Shown: piece by piece, positions 10,104-22,357 of the stretch
Layout of the letters: each line of letters starts with the position of its first letter
Position numbering within the stretch: the stretch's first letter is position 1
Made by a program: the position numbers and the translations under genes
The notes under the pieces: generated by a model
What the model was told of the DNA's origin: nothing
Databases searched by the model: none
What the model saw: the letters and a program-made list of their open reading frames with translations, nothing else
From: Leidyana gryllorum EB-2025a
Taxonomy: Eukaryota; Protista; Apicomplexa
Direction of reading: 5' to 3'
Length of the DNA: 64,000 bases
Assembly (NCBI GenBank): GCA_048772705.1
Contig: JBLWGC010000102.1
Coordinates: 1 to 64,000 of the forward strand

Positions 10104-12526
10104 ATGATGAACACTCTGTTCCAAAGCGGTCTCCTGTCCGCCCTCAGGGGTGGAAACAGGAAGAAAGGCGTAGCAACAAACTTACTTGCACAACGCAACG
10201 TAACTCGTTTAAGACCTGGGAAACCCTCATCTCGCACCCTCCCCATCGACAATCAGGGCAATGCCTCTGCTGATGTTTCTAACATTGACTCCCCCGCCCC
10301 GGGTGCTCCAGCTGGATTACTCGATGTCCTCGTCACAGTCCAACGAGCACACAGTATTGAACCACAGTGAGGGCATCATTTGACTATAAGGGTGACTGAC
10401 ACCTTTCAGAAGAAGACCTCCCTTGGAAGTGCATGCCATAGACTCCAGCGTTAGCGACTGGGAAGAGATACCACCTCAACCGGCCGCCCAGCCGAATCGC
10501 AATGGAAACGGAGGGAGACGATCCAGCGGTAACAATGCTCGCAAAGGAGCAGCCCCGCCCAAAGGCCGGAAACCTGCCTCGGAGGGAAAATCCAAGATAC
10601 CCCCTGCGCCTCCTCCTCCTGGCCTGGTCGCTGTCCTGCGCCAAGTGGCCACCCCGCTCCCTCCACAGGGCACTTCAACACCGGTGACACCAGAAGGCGC
10701 CACCCACAATGTACTGGTTGAGCTCTCTCCTGATGCACCTGCCACCACAAGAGAAGATTCCCCCGACGTGCCGATCCCACCCCGTCCCCCAGCGCCCCAA
10801 CCGGAAACCAAACTACCGCGACCGATCCCCAAAGTGTCCAAAAAGACTCAGGCTGCCATCCTTAAGGCAGCTCAAAAAGGAGCCGCTAAACGCTTTAACG
10901 CTGCAGACTTGCGATCCACCACAGACATTGGTGTTCCGAAACGGGTCACGCGTGCGCGCACCAGGAAAGAGGTGGTGTCTCAGCTACCGACAGCCACCAA
11001 ACACACCCATGACGACACTCCCTCCACTCCGCCCCTCAGAGCTGCAAAGCAGCGGCTAAGAACGGGAGGGGTGGATCTGGAACGGAAGTCCAAGACAAAG
11101 GCGAAACCGCCAGTCTCGACCACCGTCGTCGATGACAAAGAAAAGCCGCCGCGTCCACGTAAACCCAACAAGACCGATTCTCTGGAACGTCGAGACAGCA
11201 ATCTCAGCAACAAGGAAAACGCGAAGCCCCGAAACAGTGCATCGGCTGAGTTGGACAGCAAATCGGCAGAGCAGATCACCCCCAACGAGAGCAATGCACC
11301 ACCCTGGACACCTGCTGAGGAAGACAAACTGCGTCAACTTGTGGCGGCAGCGGCTGGCGAGATGTGAGTGTCAATATGTCGGGGCGGTTAGAAAGAAATC
11401 TTCTGTCTTCTCCATCAGAGATTGGACAGCGATCGGGATCCAGATGGAAAGATCTGCCGAAGACGTCCACGCACACTACTTGGTCCAGCTGAGTGCAAAG
11501 GTGTCGGCTCTCCTTAGTTCTTCAAAGAACGCCAAGTCCGCGGCCAAACCGTCCGATATCCGTAAACCTCCGTGAGTTGAAAGTCTCGAAAGTTGAGATT
11601 GACACTCGACCTCTGTCCCTTGCAGAGAAGTGCTGAGTCGCCATGATCCCAACCGCAGACATAAGATGGACAAAATGCTCAAGGAACGAGCCTTGGAGGC
11701 CAAACCGCACGATCCATTTGCTCTGATGGGCCATAATGAACGATCCAAACGGCGCTCCTCCCCCCTGCTGGACTCGAATGTCAGCAAAGCGGGAACGAAT
11801 ACTTCCGATCCCACCCCGGTGCCGTGCAGGGGAGATCCCCCGGAGCCTCCCAAGAAACGGCGGAGCACTGATGGGAGAAGAAATGTGGGGCTCCCTCCAC
11901 TCAATCTGGCCCAGGAACCCAAATTGTTCGGCGGCTCGCGAACAGAAGATGAGGGCATCAAGTTGACTCCACGTTTCGCTGAAGCAGAGGATCACATGGA
12001 CACAAATCACTTGGGTAACATGACACCAGCAGCGCCAGCGCTGTCCTTCTTGAACGAAGTTCATACTGGGCTGACGCCTTTGATGAGTGAAACTTCGGAT
12101 GGCGGAGTCAGCAACCCTTCCCGACCGCCAATGGTCTCGGCCGCCCTGGATATTGGCTTCATGGCTCACACACGTGGGGTCCAAGAAGCACGCTACTTGG
12201 CCAAGCACAAGAAGATCATGCAAACAATCAAACTGAAAGCCCCAAGTCTACTCCTCAGCTCCGATGACTTCCCCATCCCAAAGTTACCTGTCAACCGACC
12301 GAGAGCGGGACCTCCGCCCAAGTCACAGGACAAAGCTTTGGAGAAAGTGCTGGTGCAGGAAGAGGTGACCCGCGCGAAAAGACGGGTAGGGTCGCGTCGA
12401 TCTTTGGAGTTCGCCCGCGACCTGGCTGACAACTCCGAAGCTGCTGCGCTGATTGACGATCAACTAGCGGAAATGGACTCTGATGATGGCAGCACCCCCA
12501 TACCGCTTGATAGAGGACGACCGTAG
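10104..12526 (+). CDS. Myb/SANT-domain protein, largely disordered, about 4 exons
   Basis: PWTPAEEDKLRQLV...DWTAIGIQMERSAEDVHAHY spans the intron near 11364-11418. Exons lie in ORFs 10104, 10423, 11132 and 11630. Confidence 0.7.
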
Positions 12527-12557
12527 CGATAGAAGACGACTGTAGCGATAGAAGACG
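12523..12557. repeat. short tandem direct repeat GTAGCGATAGAAGACG x2 (19-nt period) over the Myb gene stop codon
   Basis: Identical 16-mers at 12523-12538 and 12542-12557. Confidence 0.8.
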
Positions 12558-12620
12558 TGTCGCCTCCCTCATCTTATTGTAGTAGAGTAAAAATGTTCAA
12601 AGATTGGAAACACGGACACA

Positions 12621-13757
12621 TCAAAGGCGCTCTGGCAGCCGAAGCGAAGACGGGTTCTGCGTGTCACACAACTCTGGATGTCCACAATTATGACACTGGA
12701 AATTGTGTCCCCAGTTGAGAAGACGGAATGTCAATGATATACGGCGGCTGCGGCAATTTATTTCTCCAGTATCGGGAACCACATCCGTTTTCCGGCTCTT
12801 GATTCCGTGCAGCCAGCCATAGCGTGATTCGTGTGCAAACACACAAAGACTTCTCGGAGCCAAGAAATATTCAACCGCTAAATCGGCTCCCTTCCGAAAC
12901 TCCATATTTAGCCCACTATTCAGAGACACCACGATGATAGCGTGATTGAAGGCCGAGTGGGTGTCAACATGAAACCCGATTCCTTGTCCTGGAATCAGGG
13001 CGTGACGTTGAGGGGGACGGAAGTTGTCACTTACCGGGCTCGTATTCGTTTATTGTCAGCTGATCGGGCCTGAAGCCGGTTGCCAACTCGACTCGGTCCA
13101 TCAATGGATGGAATTGCTCCGGAATAGGAGGAGCAATGCCCGAGCGGGAATCTATGTATAGGCTCTCATACTGGAATTGATAGCTAAAGGGTGGCGTTGT
13201 TAGGGAAGGGGACGAGGAGACTACACCACCTACCCATAGTGCTGTACCCGACGACGCAGACGTTGGTTCCATGGCTGGGTGTCTATGAAGGTAAGTAGTG
13301 CCCGCTCCTCATCGGTGGTGACGAAGTCCAACTGAAGTGAGATTCCAGCAGGTCCCTGGCTGGTCTCTGTCTCGCTAGCTAGAGCTTTCTGCTTGCCCTC
13401 AGTGAAAGAGAGATTTGTGGTTCCTTCCCACTGAACGAAAAACGGCTTCAGCTTGTCAACTTGATTGAGGTCGAATTTGGGGTCGTTGATTATGTTGCTC
13501 AGAGCATCACAATACTGCACCTTTACACCCAGCGCTTCAGCAACAGATCTTAGTTCCTCGGCTTCTTGGTGAGTGCCGAGGGACAAAAAGGTTGCTCCAG
13601 CAGGTCCCTTCTCAACATTGACTACTCGACCCTCCAACGCCTTGTCTACCTTGGCACGGGGCCCCATCAGCCTTAAATGACAAGTTTGACCCTCCGCCTT
13701 AGCATACGTGCGGAAGACGCCTCGCAGGGTCCCCACTTGCACACTAACGTCCTCCAT
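12621..13757 (-). CDS. ALKBH8: AlkB homolog 8-like 2OG-Fe(II) dioxygenase without methyltransferase domain, 3 exons
   Basis: RRVQHYG|YQFQY, DQLTINEYEPG|QGIGFHVDTH, SRYGWLHGI, RRISLTFR, and a C-terminal Zn motif CHNCGHPELCD. Confidence 0.88.
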
Positions 13758-13823
13758 AATTTACTGACCCCGCGCCGAAGCCCCCCTGGTTGAACCGAGT
13801 TCAGAAGGTAAAATTTTGGGTGG

Positions 13824-16386
13824 ATGAGTTCAAACGCGACTCCTGCGGGGAAATCTCCGGCCGGCGGAAGCAAGAAATCCCATACGAGATCTGAGAAGGC
13901 TGGCCTTGTTTTCCCCGTCGGAAGAATACAGCGAAATCTCAGGTATGGGAGATACGCGAAGCGAATCGGTGGCGGCGCTCCGATCTTCATGGCCGCGGTT
14001 CTCGAGTATCTGACGGCAGAAGTTCTGGAACTCGCCGCTGCAGTTGCCAAGGAGAATGATCGACAACGTATCACCCCGAGGTAATCAATCTGACCCACTG
14101 TAATCCCTCCTCCCCTGCGTGCGTCCCCCATCTGGTCCCAAACTCCCCAGTTCCTACTGCCCGATCAACGCGATCTGAAACCGTCACATTTCTGATATTC
14201 GGATCAATCTGATGACTGTAAAAGTGATCTCGTTCGGTAATAAGTCTTTCATTGAAGCTCGTAGTTTGTACATCTAATCGGCATCACATACGTACACAAT
14301 CAATCGAAAATTGAAAAATGTGGGATATAAGCAGACTTCCTGCACTCATTGGGTGTTGTGTAAGACAAGGCGTCTAGCATATCATGGGTCTTGCTCTCTT
14401 TACTCGAACGTCTTGAGTGGATAATCACCTCCTTCCGTTCCTTCTTCGCTGTTGCGGTCGTTGGGAGACCTCAACGCTGACTGTCGCTCTGAAAAGAACG
14501 CATTCTCTCGAGATGGCTTCTTATCGGATGCTGTTTGTGCTTTTGATTGGCTCGTGACATTCTCCCGCAGCAATGCTCATAACGAAGGCACACATGTCGT
14601 GTCTGAGCCTCGACGTTGTTGTTGGTTATGTAATAATATCTTGTGTTTGCCTCAAGTCCGATCGATCTGAGAAATTCTCTCAAAAGTTAGTGGTGGAGAT
14701 CCGCTATGACGTATCCTTGACGCCTCTAAGAGCGGGTCCTACTCTGTTAAAATACTCGATCTCGCCTGCGCATGGAGGGAGATTCCGTATACCTAGGTAC
14801 CAGCCTGGGTTCGTTCTTTCCGTCCAGCAGTGGCTCAGTGTCAGTCGGCTTCCCTGCGCATAAAAGCGACCTCACCAGAGATCCACGGGAAACGGAAAAG
14901 ATATCCCATTCGCGATGGCGATCTCCGTTCCATACTTCATTAATTGCAAATGGATTGCACTTCATTGTTGATCAGAAAGTTGAGATATGATCCCTTGCAT
15001 CTATCGTTGCGTTTGCGTCATGTTCCGTCTCATCAATGAACCATGTCGGGCGCGTGCAATTGAAACGTCGCAGATATACCAAAGACGCTTTCTCTCAGAG
15101 TTCGCAATTGTGAGCCTTAGGTCCGCTGGTTTCGACTGCCTTTAGGCCGCCCGCGTATATATGTTTGCAACATATGGTGTGCTTCTCGGGGTCATCGTCG
15201 TCCCCTATGACGATAAAACGGATGTCTTCTTGCCATAGCAAGATGGCACGACTTCGCCTCCTCACGACTCGTACATCGCCTCGTCCAAGGCGTTGCGAGT
15301 GTTTCGAGAGTTGAGAGTGCGGCGTCCCATCAACTGATGCCGCTTAGAAATAATATAATACGGTCGAAAGATAACAAATACGAATGGATTGGTAGTGCTG
15401 GTCGCACAAAGAGGTTCGCTGTGTATGTACGCTCGCGTTTGTTCTTAGTTCCATATGGTACTTCGCTCTTCTGCAGAGCGGTGCGCTCAATTGGACCACC
15501 AAATTGGGGTCTTGATGGTTCAAGACACGCGATTTGCAAGTGGCGTCATCATGTTCTTGTGATTTTCCTAAAAAGGTCTGCTGTTCGACCGGATCGTCGG
15601 TTGTTCATTCCGCAGACTTTCCGGCTTGTCCGGAGAACGTCATGTTGGTGTCCGTGGGGGTTCGCGTTGATATCAGGTCATCGGCACGCTCCAATCGTGA
15701 AATTGCGTGTGATTTTTTGTATGGTGCACAATGCACCTTATCGATCATTATTGTAAATGTCATGTTGATACATTGCGTGTATGATAGTATACTGCTTCAT
15801 AAGGAACATGGCTTGCTCTCGGGGTGCTGCGCAGATCAGTTGCGATCGTAAACGTGTGCGCACACACTCCAGACTGAATTGCAGAGTAATTGTGTAGACG
15901 GCCCTGCAATCCAAATAGTCCCGGCGGACCGTTCCGATTTGCTCAGATATGTTCCGCTTCATTATGGCATTTGCGGAGAAGTCACCATGATGTGTCGCCT
16001 GTAACTTCAAACCCTAATCCAGATGATCGTCTTCTATGGTCTTCTGAGCTTTCTCTCGTGATGTCTCCTGTTGTGGCCCCTCCCCCCTCGCACATTCTGT
16101 CCCGATCTGTGCTTCTCATTGCTCACGCAGGTACGTCCAAGTTGCAGTTCGCACCGACGAAGAGCTGAATAAGTTTCTTGGGAACGTGATTATAGCTTCG
16201 GGCGGAGTATGCTCGGATCCAGTGTCATATCCGAATGGCCCAGCTAAGGGCTCGAGCTCCAAGAAGTCTAAGAAGCCTTCTTCCAAGAAGGCTGCTGAGG
16301 AGAGTGAAGAAGACGATGAGTCTGTCGAAGATGAGGGTGGGTCTGATTCCGGCGAGGCGGCGCAAGAAGATAATGCCGATTATTGA
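13824..16386 (+). CDS. H2A: histone H2A variant (170 aa) with acidic C-terminal tail; exons 13824-14080 and 16131-16386
   Basis: [14 protein letters not shown]...[15 protein letters not shown]...RITPR|[26 protein letters not shown]. The GT-AG intron 14081-16130 joins the two exons in frame. Confidence 0.92.
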
Positions 16387-16409
16387 GATGCGTCATGTAC
16401 ACACACTGG

Positions 16410-19400
16410 TCAATCGTGCAGAGAAGGCACATCAGGGGGCGGCCAAGGCAGTCCACAGATTTGTGCATATTCCTCAGCTGATAGATTGGTAGTGGGAATG
16501 CCAGGTCCTGTCATCGTAGCTTTAATTGGGGCGTCCCGAGCGGTATTGTAGATGACCAGATCTCCACCACCACGGGGCATCACGCCCCATGTGAATGCTG
16601 TGTCACATACGCCGTATTTAAACTTGTCGCGTGAACGCTCAACTGCAATAACCTGATTGGTCCGGGCATCCCTCATTATATAGGTGGCCAAATCTCCGGC
16701 CTTGCTGCCAATTTCCGAACAGTCCTCTGAGCGGACACTCGGTGGAGGACTGGCTTCCCCTCGTCTGATCACCCGCGCCTCACTGGGGTCACGGACCTTC
16801 GCTCGCACTCTTTTGACGTCCGGCTCCTTCTGTTGACACCGGGCGGCCAGTTCAGCATTGCTTTCGCCAGGTCTGGGTCTGAGTTGTTGTTCCATTGCCG
16901 CAAAGGCAGCGTTTTTGTCGGTATGATAGCACAGACCATTGTTATCTGCGGCAGGAGGAGGAGGAGGCAGTGTGGAGTCAGCCTCGGTCACTGGTGCTGG
17001 AAATGGGCTCCCCGCGCTGCTACCACTCTTACTACTGCTGGACTCTTTGGTGGGCTCTCTGAACTGGATTCTTCGTGCCGGAGTCGCCTCGGCTGCTTCT
17101 TGATCTTCCAACAGTCCCTCTTTTCGGAAGTGAGCCTCGATGTCCTGTTTCGCCTTCAGGGCGCACTGCTGAAGCGCTAACGATATTCCCTTCTCCTGTC
17201 CCACTGGAATATGCATCTTGGGTGCCTGGAAGGTCTGCATTACCACCGGACGATCGGTTCTGCGAGGAGGTTTCCGGGGCGACTCAGGGGGATTGGCATA
17301 AGGAGCATTGCCTCCCCCAAAGATGGGTGCGCCTTTGGGCCCCTTGAAGCTCGGCTGGGGGATCGGCTCGGGGCTCGATGGCCGTGCGCCGAAGATTCGA
17401 GCGAGAAATCCTGTGCGTTCTTTCTTTACTTCGGCTTTGGGCTTCTTCAGAGCGGACTTGAGAGGGAGTTTGTCCAATGTCGGTGGCACAACTCTCGCCC
17501 TTCTTTGCTCTTCCGCTTCCTCCGCTGCAGCAGCTCGCTGTTCACGGAGCAGAGCTTTCTGATAGGTGGTCAAAGGTTTATCTTTGGAGGACGCGGGGGG
17601 ATTCTGCCGCAAAACAGGTGTCCCTATATGAATGCCGGGCGCGGGAAACGTGCCAGAATGATCGGGAGTGAACAGGAGGGGTTTGACTGGAGCGAGTGAA
17701 GGATCATTGTACTCTATCTTTGACACATCGCCATAATCGACCAACTTGGCAATGTGAGTGGGATCTAATGGCTGCATATCTCCCATGTGGTGGTTGTTGA
17801 CCTCACTCTTCGATCCCTCCTCCTCAACACTATGTTGAGAGGTGGTGTGGGCGTCGTCGGTTCGGCTGGAGGCTGTTTCAGGCAGATACCGCGGCCCAGG
17901 AGGCCTGGAGACAGCGTCCTCGAACTCCGTGTTGGGAGTCGACTGCACTGGAAGCTGCGCGTGTTCGGCCAAAAAGTCCTGTGCTCGAGTGTAATACGAC
18001 CGAGGAAGCGGGGGAGGAGACAGAGACAGAGCGTCTTCATACTCATTCGACGAAGGCCGGGGGGGATGGGATACAGCGTCCTCATAGACGATCCCTGGCC
18101 TGTGAGCTTCTGAGCTCATAATAGGAAGAGTAGGCGTCTGAGGAGGTCGTTTGGCCCCCTCATAAGCTGCAAGAGGCCGACCTCGGGGAGGCGATGTACC
18201 CTGAACGCCGCCGCCGGCCGCTTTCCCCACACTCGATTGGCCAATCTCATCTTTCTCCCCTCCTGGCCGAAGGGAACACTCAAGTGGGCTTCGCGGTGAC
18301 CCACGAAGCTGCTCTGCACTGTGGGAGATCGAGTTGTGTGGCGGCTCGAACAACTGTGGAGGTGTTGGGACAACGGGCACAGTCATGCCGCCCCAGAGCT
18401 GAGGGGGCGTCTGAGGAGAGCTGGGCCGATAATGGATAGGAGGAAGTGCAATATGGCCAGGACGACCTATCGGGCGGTCGGGTCCTGTCTGTGCGGCTGG
18501 TGCTGGTCCTGCTGACCTCCCTTTTGGCGAAGGACGTTGCCGAGACAACGATATCCTCCGCTGCCCGGGGACGTTTGTGGTTACAGTTGTCGCTGATTGC
18601 TGCTGAGAGGCAACTGGAAGTTCCTGAGGCAAAACTCTCGATTTCACAGGCACAGCAGGTGTTCTCGCTCGAACTTGTGAGCCCGCCCGAGCGGCAGGCG
18701 GCTGCACACTGACGCTGCGTGGATGAGCAGAGCGTGTCTGGTAAGGTCTACCCGCATTTGGTGTCGCTGGTCTCTCTTGCGGAGAGGGGGGTGGTGGGGC
18801 AAATGTCTGCAGTTACGTTCCATATAATGAGTCTCAGGACACCGTTTCGTACCTGCGGATAAGTTCGTGGCACTGATGCATAGTCTCGCTGGTATTGCTC
18901 ATTGTTCGGATGACCATTGTGGGTCTTGATGCTCGGGTGCAGGGGTTGGTAGTGGTGGGGAGTAGCCACATGATGATAGCTAGATGTGTGGGGAGGGCTC
19001 GCCATGGGGGGGCTATGCCACTGACTCAGTGGAGGAGGGCTCACAGACATGTTGGGCACGGTCAACGGAGTCGGACCATTGGCCCCTAAGACCATATTTC
19101 CTGCCGGAGGGATGAGAATACGCTCAATTGAATGAGATTTCGCCACATCCTCTCCACGACTCCGACTCAAGTGTTCCGGAACTATCGCTGTTTCAGGCAG
19201 GTGGGGAGGTTGCGGCCGAATGGAACGTCCAAGGGAGTGTCCCGATTTAGTCTTCCCACGGTGACGGGATCTGCCGTCCCGGGGAGTGGACTGCTCTTTT
19301 CTACGATGCCGGTGAGAGGCTTTGTTGTCGGGGCTCTTTTTCTCCCCTGTTGGCTTCTCAGACTGCACGCCTTCATCGTGGCTTCGCACCATCTGCCACA

Positions 19401-19650
19401 AGCGACCGATGCCATTATCAGTCGCTTCCCTCTTCTTCCCATTGTCCTGCTTCAATTCATCCTGCTGCGACGCATTACATCGCGTACGTACACCAGCCGC
19501 GGACTGTCGCAGAGGAGTGGCATAATTCTCTCTCGATCCATCGGAGTTTCCGGCAGTACGGTCCTCCGGGAAACGGTCCTTCGGGAAAGCTGCCAAGAAA
19601 CCACCGAACCAACTCTGTGTCAAATTGGATACAGAGGTCGCAGTGGGCAT
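16410..19650 (-). CDS. large Pro/Ser-rich hypothetical protein, 2 exons
   Basis: ORFs 18748..19650 and 16410..18707 join in frame through a GT-AG intron near 18807-18852. Confidence 0.7.
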
Positions 19651-19711
19651 GTGAGGTGCAATGTTATTCTATTGTTGTCTCTTAAACATGCAAAATACAC
19701 CATGCATGCTT

Positions 19712-20444
19712 TCAAACGAGTCCGGCGGCTTCGAGATTCTTGTTAGCGAATTCCCAGTTGACCAAATTCCACCAGGCTTTCACATACTCAGGTCTTGCAT
19801 TTCTGTAGTCAATGTAATAGGCGTGCTCCCAGACATCGCAGGTAAGGATGGGAGTCTTGTTCTCAATTCGGAGGGGACAGTCAGCATCGTGGGTCTGGAA
19901 GATTTCCAGTTTCTTGGCCTCGTTCAGGACCAACCACACCCAGCCACTCCCGAAGTGGCCACCGGCCGCGGCGCTGAATTGCTTCTTGAACTCGTCAAAG
20001 CTACCAAATGAGTCAACGATCAATTGAGCAACCTTGCCAACGGGAGGATTCGGCTCTCCGTGGGGATTGGGCTTCAAACTGTTCCAGTAGAAGCTGTGGT
20101 TGTAAGTCTGGGCTGCCTGGTTGAAGAGACCACCCGAAGTGTTCTTGATCAGCTCTGTATTGCACCCGTATGTACAAATGTTGTGCGAGCCGCTTACCAA
20201 CCAGGGATTTGCTCTCAAAGTCTGTACCCTTAGTCAGGTTGTTCAGATTGTTCCAGTACGTCAAATGATGCTTGCCATAGTGGAATTGGAGAGTTTCCTT
20301 GCTGATGTGAGGCTCAAGAGCAGTTTCACTGAATGGGAGCTCGGGTTTGGCGAAAGACATCCTTTTCAAGGAAGAATAGAAAGGTAAGCGTAAAGGTGTA
20401 GGTGGCAGTAGGAATTTGGGACGAAACCCCGACGTCAAAGTCAT
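19712..20444 (-). CDS. sodB: iron superoxide dismutase, 2 exons; alternative start at 20360
   Basis: [17 protein letters not shown] (Fe-type), [10 protein letters not shown] and DVWEHAYY, with one intron near 20155-20197. Confidence 0.95.
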
Positions 20445-20490
20445 TTTTCCGTTCCTGTCTCGCCTGCTCCTATTCCGCACACACTCGGCT

Positions 20491-22357
20491 TCAAGTTGGC
20501 TCTAGCAGTTTTCTTCGCACCCTAAATCCGCACATACAGGCGTGCCGGGATCTGCTCTCGAGTTGTTCTGCCTTCGAATCACACACATGGTCCGCTGAAG
20601 TCGACAGTGTGTCGGACAGCGTGTTTAGAAAGGCGTTTTCTTTCTGTGCCTTAGCAACTCGAACCACCACGCGAACCATCGGATGACGCGCTGTATCCTC
20701 TGTCAGAATTTCGGAATGGGAAGCCATCAAGCCCAGAATTCCCCACCGGATGTCAATGGGCAATTGAGGATTTGGGGAGTCCAGCAAAGGTGCCAAAACC
20801 GCAGCACTCTTGCTCAGCAGCGTAGTGTCTAGCTTAAACAGCAGACTGGGAGTTCCTAGGGCCCTTTGCGCCAGCGAGGCAGCAAAAGTGCAAAAACCGG
20901 CTGGCTTGCCATTGCCCAGCCAAGAAGTTGGAATGAGATCCAAAACCAATTGTGTGATAGTGTCGATCAGCTCGGCGACTCCCGTGCTGTGTAAAGCTAA
21001 CATGTCTCCAAGTATCTGCAAGCGGGTGTCGTCAGAGTGCTCCCGGTCCGCGACTTGGCGCAACATGGCTAAGTAAGCGCTGGCTTGTTCCATAGATAGT
21101 CTGCGGCGAGTGGCAGAGATAGGGTAGAGTTGAAGTCCTGGCTTACCTCTCTGTGGACTCTTCGAGCAGCTCCAGAATTGCCTGGCAAATCCAGACATGC
21201 GAATGCTGGGGTAGTTTCCCCAAAATCTGTCCAATCACAACGTGATCATGCGCATGTTGCCTTCTCTGTAAGGATTTAAGCGCCAACGGCATCAATCGGA
21301 TTGCTTGAAACTGGAGCGCCAAGCGTCCTGTCCGTAAAATCTCCAAGGCTTGATCCATCGTTCGGTCGAGAAGCGCTTGAGTTTGTGCTTCCCGAATCTG
21401 ACCTAGTTCCTCTTGTACACTAATTAACAAACTCAAAGCACAGTATTTGCAGTTATTGTCGGCCCCTTCCAGCCAAGAGCACAAACAGTGGAGTATTGGC
21501 TTCACGTTCACCGGCATCATTGGACGGAGTGAAAGCAGATAGTCCATGGACCGCATTCTAATCACGGGATTTTGATCTTGCAAAAGCTTCCGGGCAGTTT
21601 CTTCTAGTCGGATGCTCAGCCTGTACTCCTCCGCTGTCAGCATGCGCAGGATACTCAATAGGCGAGTGCGAAGGTACACGTTCCCAGTCTTGTCCAACAA
21701 GTCAATACACCTTGGTGCCAGGACCAAGCAACTACCAGGTTTCCGCTGGCATGCCTCTTCTATAACAGTTGTGGTGACATTCACAACTCCTTGATCCGCA
21801 TCATCCAGGCGGTCACGTAACGAAGGCAATAATTCTTCGATTGACAGCACTTCCAACCGCAATGAAGTTCCCAGAGCGGTAACCGCTGTCTTCCTTAACA
21901 AGGCTTGTCTCGATGATAAAAGAGGGATGATCAGGTGACTCAGACTAGTATGAATAGCCAAGGAGTATGTGTTAGCGAGGAATGTCAGAGCTGCAAATGA
22001 TGGCCACCAGTTCTTGTCATGTATAGTGCTCAAATCTTTGTGTATTATGTTGGTCACCATCATCATGCCAGGGTGATTGGGAGGTATGCTGCATCGAAGA
22101 GCTTCGTATCCAGCACGTTTAGAGGCGTAGTCGGGTTGGGCTGCCATTTCCAATAGTCGATAACACAATCCCTCAGGGGGCATGATTCCCATTTGGACCA
22201 ACCATCCCAATTGAGATGCAGCTAAGATTCGTTCGTCTTTCTCTCCATTTTGGAGTATCCCGAGTATGTTCTGTGCTAGTCTGGGTCCTCGATCTTCCAA
22301 ATCGCTAGATGGTTGTGCCCAACGAGATATAAATTTGCTCAGCCGATAGTAGGACAT
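20491..22357 (-). CDS. AP3D1: divergent AP-3 complex delta adaptin (Adaptin_N trunk)
   Basis: 'SKRAGYEA...[12 protein letters not shown]', '[13 protein letters not shown]' and 'DNNCKYCAL' match the delta-adaptin N-terminus. ATG at 22357, second exon in ORF 20491..21234. The 3' end is uncertain. Confidence 0.7.

Noticed and set aside
14452-16168. Short ORFs inside the H2A intron as nested genes or a transposon
   Set aside because: They are under 140 aa, have atypical composition, show no transposase/RT/endonuclease motifs, and have no visible terminal repeats.
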